Below, piece by piece: positions 51,700 through 62,232 of a stretch of 64,000 nucleotides of DNA. Source of the stretch: Orbicella franksi. Its lineage: Eukaryota. A model generated the notes under the pieces. It was not told the DNA's origin. It saw only the letters and a program-made list of their open reading frames with translations, and made no database searches. Within the stretch, counting starts at the first letter, position 1; each line of letters begins with the position of its first letter. Location: the NCBI GenBank assembly GCA_964199315.1, contig OZ116710.1, forward strand, positions 23,002,001 through 23,066,000, written 5' to 3'. The position numbers and the translations under genes are program-made.

Positions 51700-54150
51700 T
51701 AAAGTCTGTTTGACTCATAGCTTGCCCTTGCGCCCTAATGGGAACATCTTCTTGGCTCTTGATGTGCCATTTCAGTTTTTCTTGGGGAAATCCCACAAGG
51801 CCATGGCCTGGTTAGAACACTGAGATATTCATACATCTGAGGATTATTCCATGCCAGAAATGCTTCACACAGTTCCTTTTCACCTTTAACAGAGTTACTT
51901 CTGCTGTCTGACCTGATTTATTAAAGACATTGTCTCCTTGCAATGAAATGCCCAAGAGCTTTGATTAAAGATTTGGTGTCCAAAGAATAAACCACTTCAA
52001 TATGGACTGCACGGATGGGCATGCATGTAAGCAATACACTGTATCTCTATACAACATTGAGTTAATATCCGATACGGAGCCAACTGCTTTGTCTTAGAAT
52101 TGGGTTAGAACACCAACCAGTGTGTTGTTTAGATTTGGCTCCTTTGACAGCTGGTCATCAAGAGAGGCGCCATGATACTTTGCTGAGCAGCTAAATACAG
52201 TTCAAATGTCTGACTTCTATGGGCAGCAAGAGAGAAGTTTGCACCAGTCACCTTTTCAGCATAGGTGTGGTGCAGGTTCATCAAACCTTAATATTTATTT
52301 TGTAGGATTGCATCTCTTTGTGGGTGCCTCTTCAGTGTCTGGAGTCCATATTTTCCTTGAGACTTGTTCTCTAAACACAGCGGATCATTTGTCCATGGGA
52401 GACTGATTCTGCTTCACTGTGCGACTGGAACATGTAGACTGTTTTTGGGAGGTGCACAAAACTGTTGCTGCAGGAAAAAAATGTATTTGGTTTAACTGAT
52501 GCCACATATGTATAATTTACTTTCTCTAATTTTCACTTGAGTGTTAAAAACTGTGTTAAAGAAAGAGGAATTTTGACCAATTTAGCAGGAAAATGTTTAT
52601 GTTGCGGTTGAACTTTTTGTTGAATATCAAACTGAGGTACAGCCAACAAAACTGTATTTTGTAAATAGCTGTTACCGTGATTCTAAAAATATATGGCCCT
52701 TGATAGTTTTCTCTCTGTGAAAACATATGAGCCATGTCGACATGATGATAGAAATGATTTTGAAAAACATTTAAGTGAGAAAATTAACGAACGTAAAGTA
52801 ACGTGATGTTACAACAACTTCATGTCATCAATGACAAATAAATAAATTAAAAATAACAGGAAGGCATATTTATAGAAATAGGGATGTAAGGAAATAAATT
52901 AGCAAAGGTGACATGAATGGAATCCCCTTGATTGTTCAGTTTTGTTCTTTTCTTAATATGCAGCATTTCAAAGATCAAACATTCAAGTCTTTATGACTGT
53001 AAAGTTCTTAATTAAGTCGTCAGGTGTTAAGCTGTGCTCCCTGAAATGTTTTCCTCACAATGTAGAAGAATGTAAACATTCTGGTATATCGCTTTTGATA
53101 GATAAAATGTGGGCAGTGTGTAGCATCCTCTAGGTAACTTAATTGAAAGGTTAATATTGAGGTATCTCATTCTGCCATTCAGGAGCTTCTAGGTTCAAAG
53201 GAAGGGATTGACCTACAGGTGTGTCTTCCATAGAACTAGGTAGCCTTCTAGACAGGCTGAATTCAGTATCTGCTGATAATCGTTCCGAGTATCCATTGTT
53301 GTTTTCTCTGAGTATGTGTACACCTGATGCTGCGTTCACAGGCAGCTGTCTCACTATAGATTAACCAATCTTTCAGTGTTGCTTGGGTTTGTAAAAGTGA
53401 AACACTTTCCTTATCTTGCTCAATTTCTGAAGTAATTTTGCGATCAACTTGCTCTCAGTATGAACATAAACTGGTTCTTTGTTCTCTGCCGTCACCTTTT
53501 CAGTTTTAATTTTTAACTGGGTTTTGTGTTGGTGCAATTATAGTTATTCTTTCATCTCGTGTAGCCTTTTTAGCAACGCAGTGTGAGTGTTTAAAACACC
53601 CTGTTTCTCTGCAGCTCTCACTCTGGTACTCGTAGAGTTGTGCAATGTGTGTGACAAGCATAGCATGACAGACTTAAAACTAATGTTTGATATGCTATCA
53701 TCAGGATTTTTTCAAAAGATCTTCTTAGCTTTGAGGCCTCCACCCAGCTAGCCAAAATTCTGTTGTCTTTAAATGTTCTATTTGACTGAGAACTGACCCA
53801 TAACAATTTCCTGATTCTTCAATGAACTCTCAGTCTTCTAATTGACTATGAAACACCTGACACGCCTCTTGAAATTTCTTAAACACTTCCTCCAGTTCAA
53901 GTGACTTTTTATTACTTTGTCAACATTGCTTTCATTAGTCATTAATCATTAGACTGGAAATGTCTTTAATTAATCTTGTTAGTCAAGATTCCCTTTGCAC
54001 TGCTATGTACCTTCTTTGTTTCCATGGGACCATTACAAGAGTTCCTCTCTTAAGATCTCTGTTGCCAAACATCAAGATCACAACTGGCTTCCACTTTCTG
54101 TGACAGATATTTTTGACAATGTTAGCTATTGTAACATCTGGTACTGAATG
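51700..54150 (-). mobile_element. Heavily decayed BEL/Pao LTR-retrotransposon relic
   Basis: Minus-strand fragments [14 protein letters not shown] and SDINSMLY (start of RT), joined directly to RYSVLLTCMPIRAVHIEV / SLDTKSLIKALGHFIARR (integrase) and PLGR (C-terminal region). Boundaries are approximate and no LTRs were recognised. Confidence 0.6.
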
Positions 54151-54856
54151 GAAGGAATATGTCATTGGCAGTCTGAGTCACAACTTTCACTGTGGGTTTT
54201 TCTACCTCCTATGGACATGAGCCATGAAATTTTGGTCAGAGAGTAAATTATTTTTCCTTTTTGATAAATGAAAGCAAAATAGACCATTTGGGGTCAGTCT
54301 CTTAAATTGAAGTACAAATTTACTTAGACACAGTTTTTTCAAAAAAATATCCATAAGAATGAAAGTAGTTAACTTGTGAGTTAATAACTAGTTTAAAATA
54401 GTTTTATAAAGTCCTTGTACAAGGGTGGATATTTCCTATCCTTTGAAAAAAGGAAAACAATTCTTTCACAAGTAAACTTTTAACAATCCTTACTCTGAGT
54501 GTGAACCTGAAGTATTTTGCAGATTTCCATAAGATGGGAAATTGCTGTTTTGTTAAGTCTGCAGGCTAAAGCAGACCTGTTTTACAGCTAAACCTGTCTG
54601 TAAAATTGTTAAGAATTATGTGGTATTTTTACAAAAGTTGCTCCAAGAATTGAAATTTGTTGCTACAAAATTTCATCATCAGTTATCAAATTGGTTATGT
54701 TAAGCAATTTTCTAGCCAAAAAATATAAAATTTGTTACAGCATCTGAGGAACCAATACCCATCATTCTTCTTCCATACCCTGAGAAGAACTTGAATTCCT
54801 CTTATTACTATGCCAAGAAAGGTGTTAATTAAAAAAAAACACACAAGGAATTCAAG

Positions 54857-55080
54857 AGTAGTGATATATGCTCTTAGGGGCAGTAGCCAATCAGGAGGCA
54901 GGGATTATACCACGTGACCAAGGTTTTCCCATACATTCTCTTAAATTTTCAAGATCCAAGATGGCGCCTGGGTAGGTAAAACATGGCGCCCGTGACGTCA
55001 CAGCTCTTGCATGCCCAAATAAGGAGATAGACCGGAAGTGAATTTCACAATTGATTTTTATTGATTACAGGAAGTAAAAA
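54857..55080 (+). promoter_or_regulatory. Maverick terminal (TIR) region rich in transcription-factor motifs; PolB polyA signal
   Basis: CCAAT 54877, CACGTG 54911, CAAGATGGCG 54957, ACATGGCG 54981, TGACGTCA 54993, CCAAATAAGG 55015, ACCGGAAGTG 55031; minus-strand AATAAA at 55057-55062. Confidence 0.65.
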
Positions 55081-58000
55081 TTACAATGGTGAGTATCCGT
55101 ACGGAAACGACATGAAAGTGTTCGTGTCTATGACGCGTTTGTCGAAGACGAGTCCGTAGCGTTTAGTCCGTGTGATGACTCTGAGATGTTTGGTGGCTGG
55201 GTTTCTCCAGAAGAAGTTGGGGTTGACGACGTGGATATTGCGTCGTTCATCCTCAAGAGGTTGTGTGAGTTCGTCGAGTAGATTTTGTCTCATGACGTCA
55301 TAGTTGAGTTGCCTGGATCCTCGTACATTGAGTGAGAAGCCTCTGACTTTACAGCAGACTTTGCCTTGGTGGGTTCTGTAACCGTAATTTTTGGGTCCAG
55401 CGGTGGTGAAATCGGTGATGAAATCGCCGTCGTCGAGTTCGTTGGTCATCTCTCCCAGGTAATCTCCTAACGGAACATCGGCTTGGCCTGGTTTGTGCGA
55501 GTAGACGACGGAGTCAGTGTCAAAGTAGAGAACTTGTTGTTTTAACTGTTCTAGGTAGCTGTATAATTTGAGACGTGCCCAGCAGGTGGTGAAAGCGGCG
55601 ACGAAGATGTTGATTCGTCCGTTATCGGGTTGATTGTTTTTGAGTTCGGTGTGGACGACTTCTAGGGCTTCGTCGTTGGCGATTCTGACTTGTCGTATGT
55701 CATTGAAGGGATTGGAAACGAGGTCAAAGAGTTGCGTGGCGTTGTAGACGACTTGGGTGGTGGGTTTGTGTAGGTTTTCACCGAACTTGCCCCAGAAGGA
55801 GTTGAGCATGAGTTTGGCGGTGGCTTTGCGTCCTGGATTTTTCTGGATCATGGTTGGATCTAGAGCGATGCCTTCTTTCTGTTGGTATTGTTGCACGTAC
55901 CGTGCCTTGTCTTCGTGGGTGTTACACCAGTTGGGGTAGCCAGCGGATTCCTGTTTGATTTTTAGCCAGGTATTCACATAATCGGCGAAGAGGCCTTTAC
56001 GGCATTGTTCTGGCGGGAAATGGTGGACTTCGTGTATTTTGTTGAGCGTGTATCCCGTGGCAACGGCTTTCTGGATTTCTGGTGTGCACCAGGTCCCTCG
56101 TAGCGTGCGTTGCTCGGGCGTGTGAGGGCAGTGATGCGATTTCTCTAGGAGGGGTTTGGTCATTTCGTGTTCCACGCACGAGCGGCAGAGGGGGAAGGTG
56201 AGTTTACCTCCGTGCCTGAAAGGTAGAACGGGATGGTATAGTTCGTGAGGCGGTAGTATGTCCACTTTGGCCATTCCGAAGTAGTGATGGATGTCTTGAT
56301 CTTGGGGGTTGACGATGACTTGCTGGTGTCCTACAGGGTATTCGCCTTCCTTGTTGGCCCAGGGGTAGAGCGACGTCACGTCGACGTACTTGGTTTTTTC
56401 TCCTTGGGCCATGTCGGTCACGTGATGCAGTTTGACTGCGTTCGTACGGCCTCCGAAGAAGGCTTCTCTGGGCTCGAGCGGTTCGACGATTTGGAACGTG
56501 TCTAGGAACTTGCGGAGATCTGGGTCGGTTTTGACCTCCAGGTCCCAGTCGCATTCCCACTTGACGCAGAGCTGGTAGCCTTGGCGACTGAGAAGGTCGT
56601 GTTTCTTGAGCGTGGACTCGTAGACTTCCTGTAGGGTGCGATCGGTGTGACAGATGGGATATCGGTCTCGTTTTTGGGGGAAACAGCGAGGACATCCGTG
56701 CCATAGACATCCGTGGAATTCATAGACGGTTCGAGTGTCTGGATCGTATCCGTCCATGAGTTGATTGGCTAGACGGATTTCACCTCCGTTTCTCACGGTG
56801 CGTATACGATCGCCTTGGTCAGTGTGTTGTAACAAGTGTTCTTGCCAGGCTAGCCATTTCAGGGCTTTGACGGACTGATTGGATCGTGCGCCGTGCCATC
56901 CTTGAGGTGGTCTGGAGGCGATGGTGTTGGGTGGTACGAGTTTCTTGCGCCAGAATCACTTGCAGGCGGAGGCGATGGTGACGCATTTCTCCATGGGGGT
57001 CAAAGTCGGCTTTTTGTTTGAATTCTTGCCGGAACTTTTGGCAGCCCGCTTTGAGGAGTTTGACGTCAGACTCGCAGGAAGCTTCCATTTCTTGTCTTAG
57101 TACGAAATGGTAGTTGTCGTTGACTTTCTCTTGGTACCACTGTTCGAATTCGGCTTTCTTTTTGGCAGACATGCCATTGGGATCGTACATGTCTCTCGGC
57201 GGCATGGGTCCTTCGTACTCTTGGTTTTCTAGGGTGTTGAATTTGTGAGGGAAGAATCCCTTGCAGAGTTCGTGGATTCCGAAGGTGGCTGGAAAGTTGG
57301 CCAGCGGGAACGGGAGAAAGCATAGGGAATCTTTGAAAGTCAGTCTGTCAGATCTCAGGGACAGTATCTTGGTGCCTACGGTGATTTGGTCTGTGACTTC
57401 TCGATGCGTGGCGTAACAGTGTTGTAAGATGAACATCCCGTCGTAGCCTTTGAGATTGTGAAAGAGGACGATGACGTCCCGATCGTCTCCGTCCACATCG
57501 ACGGCGAGGGATTCGAGGTGGTCGAACATGTCGGAGGTGCAGTTGGGACCGTAGAAGGAGCAGAATTGATCCTCTTCATCGTCTTCTAGGCAGAGTAGAA
57601 TGGGTGTCTGATTCCCTTCGGCGTCGGTGATGGCTTCGTAGTCGCAGTATACTTGAAGGGGCGGATCTCTGACCACCCAGATGCGCGTGTCTGGATCATC
57701 GGGTTCGGGTTCTTCGAAGGGTCGACCTTTGACTTCGTCGCGTGACACGTGTTTCTTTTTGGGCTCGTCTTCGTCTTCGGGGATGCGTTGGATGTAACAT
57801 CGGTGCGTCTTCAGAAAGACTTTCTTTTCGCAGATGTGGCATTCGCCCCATCTGCATACGTGATCGGGGGTACGACGGTCACCTCCTCGTCCAGTCCTGT
57901 GTTTAGGTTCGTAGACGTGGCAACAGTCTGGGCATTTTTTGTAAGTGTCGCAGATGGATGGAATGTTGAGGCTCCGGCGTTGCAGGTGGTAGTTGTAGCA

Positions 58001-59143
58001 TTGGTCTCCGAAGAATTTTCTGTGACATAATCGGCAGATCGAGGCGGGTTCGGGAAACTTGCCTCGTGCTAGGGGTCGTTTGGCCTTGATGAAATCGGGG
58101 CAGTCCTTTCGTTTGCAAGCAGGACACCATTTACCGTTGCAGGTATGACTTTTAAAGTCGTCGTGATCGTACCCTCGATTGCATTCGTCGCAGAAGTAGG
58201 ATTTGTTGAGGAACCCACTGAACGAGTTGCATCCGTTGTAGTGACTGTCTTCTTTGATGAGGCGAATGATCTTGTCCGAGGGTTCGGGTCCCGCGTAGAT
58301 GAGCATGTGGGGTGGATCGATGGAAAGGACTTTGAGTTGGTACCCAGGTAACGCGGCCTGAAACTGCTGCAGTTCTGGAATGCCACAAGGTCCTTCGGGG
58401 ACGTGGGCTAGACGGTGGAGTTCTTTGGCCAATCGCTCTTGGATGGGTAGCCCCTGTTTGAGGTTGTGGTAATCTGGGTCTCGCGAATTTCCGTTCGCGT
58501 CTACCAGGGCTTTCATGGTGACGATGGCGCGAGCGCAGCAGAGATTGTCTTTGTTTTTGATGGTCACGCGCGACCGTTTGACGATTCCCCGCACGGCGGC
58601 ACAACTCGGTTTGTATCGTTTTCCGTGACCACGCCCTGGACCTGGGGTGTGTATGAAAGTGGTTTCCATGGTAAATGTGTCGTCGGGGGTGAATTCTTCG
58701 TTGGAGTTGAGTTTGGCCGCGAGAGACTGGAGATAAGTGTCTAGTCTTTCACTCCCTTCTTCGAATTCGCGCACGGTGAAGGTGGTGGATTGAAAGGCGT
58801 GCGTGAAGGCACTGGACTGCATGGTGAAATGGACCGTGGAGTTGGGTGTCAGGGTAGGATCCTGAGCGATTTGTTGCTCGATGGATCGTTGAAGGGCCTG
58901 AGTCAATTCTTGGCCTAGATTGTCCCTGGGAGTCACGTCTCTGTGTTGTCTGAGCGTGGCTTCGAATCGTTGTTTGTTGAGGACATTTCTCCAGTTACGT
59001 CGAGCGCCTACGGGTCTTAATTCAAATTCTAGGAGGGGTCTTGTACCACCACCTCCGGTTTGGATCATCACTCGGTCGAGAGCCGGATCAAAGATCCAGT
59101 CGTCATCGTCGTCGAAGAAGGCTTCGTCGTGGGTCCGTCTGTT
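55081..59143 (-). pseudogene. polB: Protein-primed family B DNA polymerase (pPolB) with N-terminal terminal-protein/Cys-rich region; +1 frameshift and one nonsense codon
   Basis: Exo motifs YCDYE, HNLKGYD and SCESD; pol motifs YVDVTSLYP, KLMLNSFWGKFG, YFDTDS and GPKNY; VSR-like insert YEFHGCLWHGCPRC. Extra C in the run at 56995-56999 and TGA at 56956-56958 split ORFs 56819-59179 and 55081-56835. Main exon predicted to start at the acceptor at 59143. Confidence 0.93.
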
Positions 59144-59185
59144 CTGTGAAGACATGAATGAGACAAATGTTACGAACATCGCTTT

Positions 59186-59542
59186 TTAATCATCTGAGAA
59201 CGCATACGCTCTTTTGTCATTTACATCACGGAGTGCGTCTTTGAAATTATATCCTAAAAAGACTTTCTTTTCGCTGTTATAAATGTCTACATAATGACCG
59301 TGGATGGTCATGTGATCAGGCTTGAATCGCCCGTAGATCTCATTACAAGCGTCGAAATCGCATTTTTTGGTTCTTAATTCTATGTGACCGTACCCCCATC
59401 GTATTTTCAACATATCGTAATGTACAATTTCTTCGTGAAGTTTGTTCAATAGTTCATTGTTCCTGCGGTCGAATATGTGTTGCCAGGTTGCCAGGCAAAG
59501 TATGTGACACTTTAGTTCTTCTGGTAGGCTATCCCAGTGACT
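59186..59542 (-). CDS. F-box-like paralog C (spliced exon; 137 aa with leader)
   Basis: ttctcactctcttacAG acceptor, then SHWDSLPEELKCHILCL...LKIRWGYGHI...HMTIHGHYVD...FLGY. The frame is open and has no in-frame ATG upstream of the motif. Confidence 0.7.
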   Translation of the reverse strand, partial: SHWDSLPEELKCHILCLATWQHIFDRRNNELLNKLHEEIVHYDMLKIRWGYGHIELRTKKCDFDACNEIYGRFKPDHMTIHGHYVDIYNSEKKVFLGYNFKDALRDVNDKRAYAFSDD

Positions 59543-59957
59543 CTGTAAGAGAGTGAGAACGCTTTCTTGACCACCTATTATTGGCGTACTTGGTGGAGAG
59601 ATCAGGGTAGAGGAAGGTCTTTTCTATGGGGACGCGTTTCTTGGCCTCTTTTATAGTGCAAGATAAATACGTTTTTTGGGGTTTATCGTGAATGTCGATG
59701 TAACATCCGTATATTCTTATATGTGGAAATCTGTCTATTCTCTTCTTTTTTATACAACATGGTGAATTACATCGACATTGAACAATCTTAATGTGTCCTA
59801 TGCCCCATTGTTCTTTCAGTTTGCCGTATTCTATTATTTCCTTGAGAAGACGTCGTAACTTTTTGTTTCTTCTGCGCTCGAGTAGGATTTGATTCCTGGC
59901 TAGACGCATTATGTAGTCCTGTAGTTCATGAGGTAATCGATCCCAGTAATTGCTATT
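59529..59957 (-). CDS. F-box-like paralog B (spliced exon; 161 aa with leader)
   Basis: tatcctcaccccccacAG acceptor, then NSNYWDRLPHELQDYIMRL...LKEQWGIGHI...HIRIYGCYID...YLSC. The frame is open. Confidence 0.7.
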   Translation of the reverse strand, partial: NSNYWDRLPHELQDYIMRLARNQILLERRRNKKLRRLLKEIIEYGKLKEQWGIGHIKIVQCRCNSPCCIKKKRIDRFPHIRIYGCYIDIHDKPQKTYLSCTIKEAKKRVPIEKTFLYPDLSTKYANNRWSRKRSHSLTESLG

Positions 59958-60314
59958 CTGTGGGGGGTGAGGATATCAATCTCTTAACGTCCGGTATTCT
60001 GAGACAAGCATGATTTAACCCGTACCCTAAAAATATGGCTCGCTTAAAGTTGCATTCGTCTGTGTAGAATTCACGACCATGTGCTTGTTTTTCATTCCTG
60101 GAACTCTTCCTTTGGGACAATAATCTAGCAGACATGTCTCTAGAACTACTTTGATTGCACCTAGCCCCCATTCTGCTTTGACCTTAGCGAAGGCTCGAAT
60201 CTCGTTACAAAGCTCTCTCCTCATTTCACGTTCGCGCCTCTCGACGAGAGACTGGGACTCTCTGAGGTGAAGGATGTAGGCCTGCATCTCAGGGGGAAGA
60301 CAATCCCAGTAACT
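59953..60314 (-). pseudogene. F-box-like paralog A (spliced exon, frameshifted near 60070)
   Basis: ctttttggcacgcctttgttcacAG acceptor with CTGAC branch site; SYWDCLPPEMQAYILHL...VKAEWGLGAI...KHMVV/(shift)/FYTD...FLGY. 362 nt is not a multiple of 3. Confidence 0.68.
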
Positions 60315-60345
60315 CTGTGAACAAAGGCGTGCCAAAAAGATGTCG

Positions 60346-60615
60346 TCAGTTGTCTAGGGAAGCCACGACCGTACTTAGATAGCACGGTGTGTGACAGATC
60401 TGACAGTGCAACTTCTCGTTGTTCACCCCCTTGTTGATCTGATCATCGAGTGCATCGACGAAGCAATCGAAATGCACGTGGTAACGGCAGCACTTGGTAC
60501 GACCGCAGGTTTCGGTTCTAAGGATGACTTTCTTACATAGGGTGCACGTTATACTCACTGCTTCATGTTGATCCATCAGTTGGTTCATCTCCTCGTCGGT
60601 CGGCTCCTCTGCCAT
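60346..60615 (-). CDS. Small RING-finger-like protein (89 aa); first 19 codons double as the shared leader exon
   Basis: ATCATGG start; CTLC..CC.YHVH..C..CQIC pattern; GCA|GTGAGT donor after codon 19 (60559/60558). Confidence 0.7.
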   Translation of the reverse strand: MAEEPTDEEMNQLMDQHEAVSITCTLCKKVILRTETCGRTKCCRYHVHFDCFVDALDDQINKGVNNEKLHCQICHTPCYLSTVVASLDN

Positions 60616-60639
60616 GATTTTAAGCACTCGATACAAGTC

Positions 60640-60870
60640 AAAAACTCAGAGTGCCGTGAACAGTTCGAGCCGATCTTTTTATACTTACGGTAAAAACTGG
60701 ATCCCAGGTTGCACTCGACCTGGACCCAGTCTCCGACCGTGAGGTGGGCGTGGTAGGGGGATACCCTCTATCCCCTGGGTCTACCCTGCACACGTGATGT
60801 CGGCCTTTTTCGTTTGATTGGTGCATGATTGACATAAAGCGAGGCAAACGCATTTGGCATTTTTTCAGTT
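60640..60870. promoter_or_regulatory. Divergent promoter between the two accessory transcription units
   Basis: Minus-strand TATAAAA at 60677-60683; GGGCGTGG about 60746; CACGTG 60791; ATTGG about 60817; CATAAA about 60833; ttttttcAG acceptor at 60868 before the plus-strand ATG. Confidence 0.55.
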
Positions 60871-60876
60871 TTGGTG

Positions 60877-61704
60877 ATGGAGACTGAATCTTGACGCCGC
60901 AGCCGCCGACCTCGAAGTCAGTCCCCTGAAGAATCACCGAGACGAGTACGTCATCGTCGTCGTGCACGATCACACGATGACGATGAACCACCGAGACGTA
61001 GTCGTCGCCTTCAGGGTCATATACCCGAAGAAACACCGATTCAACAAGTGTGTTTTATTTGTCAGAGAGATATTCACGTCGATTCTCTGGCATCGTGCCA
61101 GCGTACTCCTTGCTGCGGTGTGTGGATGCATCGACGTTGTTACCGGGATATGGAGAGATGGGTTCTGAACTGCGGCAACTGCCGACGCGTGATCGGCGAC
61201 AATCAGCCTGAGGTCGTGTTGGAAACCGACGAGGAACTCGAGGAAGATGATCATGAGGAGCACCAGTTAACGGCAGGTGCGAATGATCGTTTAGTTAGAA
61301 TGGATCAAGAGATTGAGCGATATCGTAGTGAGGGTAGACCTAACCACTGCCATTGCGAGGGGTCGTACTTGTGGAATAATTTGCCGTATGACTTGGACTC
61401 TGGCGTTTGGCTACGTTATTATACCTTTCTCAGAAATTTCGTGACTCTGTATCGGGATCGAGACCTGTACATTCACGGTAGTGTGCGTCTCCCCGTGGAA
61501 CCGACCCGAGAGGTCAGAGCTATTTTGTACCGTCTGTTCATTAACAATACCCCTTATTATACGTATAACTTGATCCGAATTCAAAGGTTCAGACTCTTCT
61601 TTAGACGTGTGGAAAGACAAAGGGATATTGAGATTCGACAACTGTGTCTACTACCTTTTCCTGGGGGTCCCTCGCTTTACCAGGAGGACGGACTATGGAC
61701 CTGA
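60877..61704 (+). pseudogene. Arg/Ser-rich N-terminus + RING finger + C-terminal domain 1 (275 codons; TGA at codon 6)
   Basis: METES*RRSRRPRSQSP...PPRRSRRLQG...CFIC..PCCGVWMHRRC..CGNC. The frame is continuous with ORF 61048-61704 apart from TGA at 60892-60894. Confidence 0.7.
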
Positions 61705-61725
61705 CACTGTTTTTTTCATTCGCAG

Positions 61726-62162
61726 TGGACACTCATCGCAGAATGATTCATGACACCCTTACCTATATGAGAGACCATGGAAAACCCTTCGACACGCACA
61801 ATTCCTTGATGCGTTCCTGGAATCATTTGTCTTATCCCATTCCTGTCACGGTGTGATTCCAGTACTATCGCGAGATGGAGGACTTTGTGCGATCCTTGGA
61901 GTTTCGAAGTCCCATGTACATTCACGGCACCGTGTTCTTTCCCCTCAATGTCATTTCGTACGATCATATACGCATGGAGGTGTAACGCATGTTTTATTTC
62001 AACACCCCTTTCTTAGTGTTCGAATTCACCTCCAGAATTAGGTTTCAGTTGCTGTTCATATCTTCGTCGACGTTCGGGGACCAAATAAGGTTCGAACGTT
62101 TGTTTGTGACACCGAATGCCTCGAATACTCTGTACCACAACGGCATGACGTGCGAGAGTTGA
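61726..62162 (+). pseudogene. Paralogous C-terminal domain 2 (alternative terminal exon), two nonsense codons
   Basis: CTGAC + ttttttttcattcgcAG acceptor (phase 1). GKP..H..SWNHLSY..V*FQYY..MYIHGTV..V*RMFYFNTPF aligns with domain 1 GRP..H..LWNNLPY..VWLRYY..LYIHGSV..LYRLFINNTPY. AATAAA at 62225-62230. Confidence 0.65.
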
Positions 62163-62232
62163 AGAAAAAACAAAGAGACTCTTTTTGAAAAACAACAAAG
62201 TGTGTAACTTTCTTTAATTACAAGAATAAAGT

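Noticed and set aside
55757-58744. Numerous 60-170-aa ORFs overlapping polB in other frames or strands
   Set aside because: Expected by-products of a GC-rich coding sequence; no recognisable motifs.
60638-61036. 132-aa minus-strand ORF
   Set aside because: Antisense shadow of the Arg-rich N-terminus of the plus-strand RING gene, running into the promoter.
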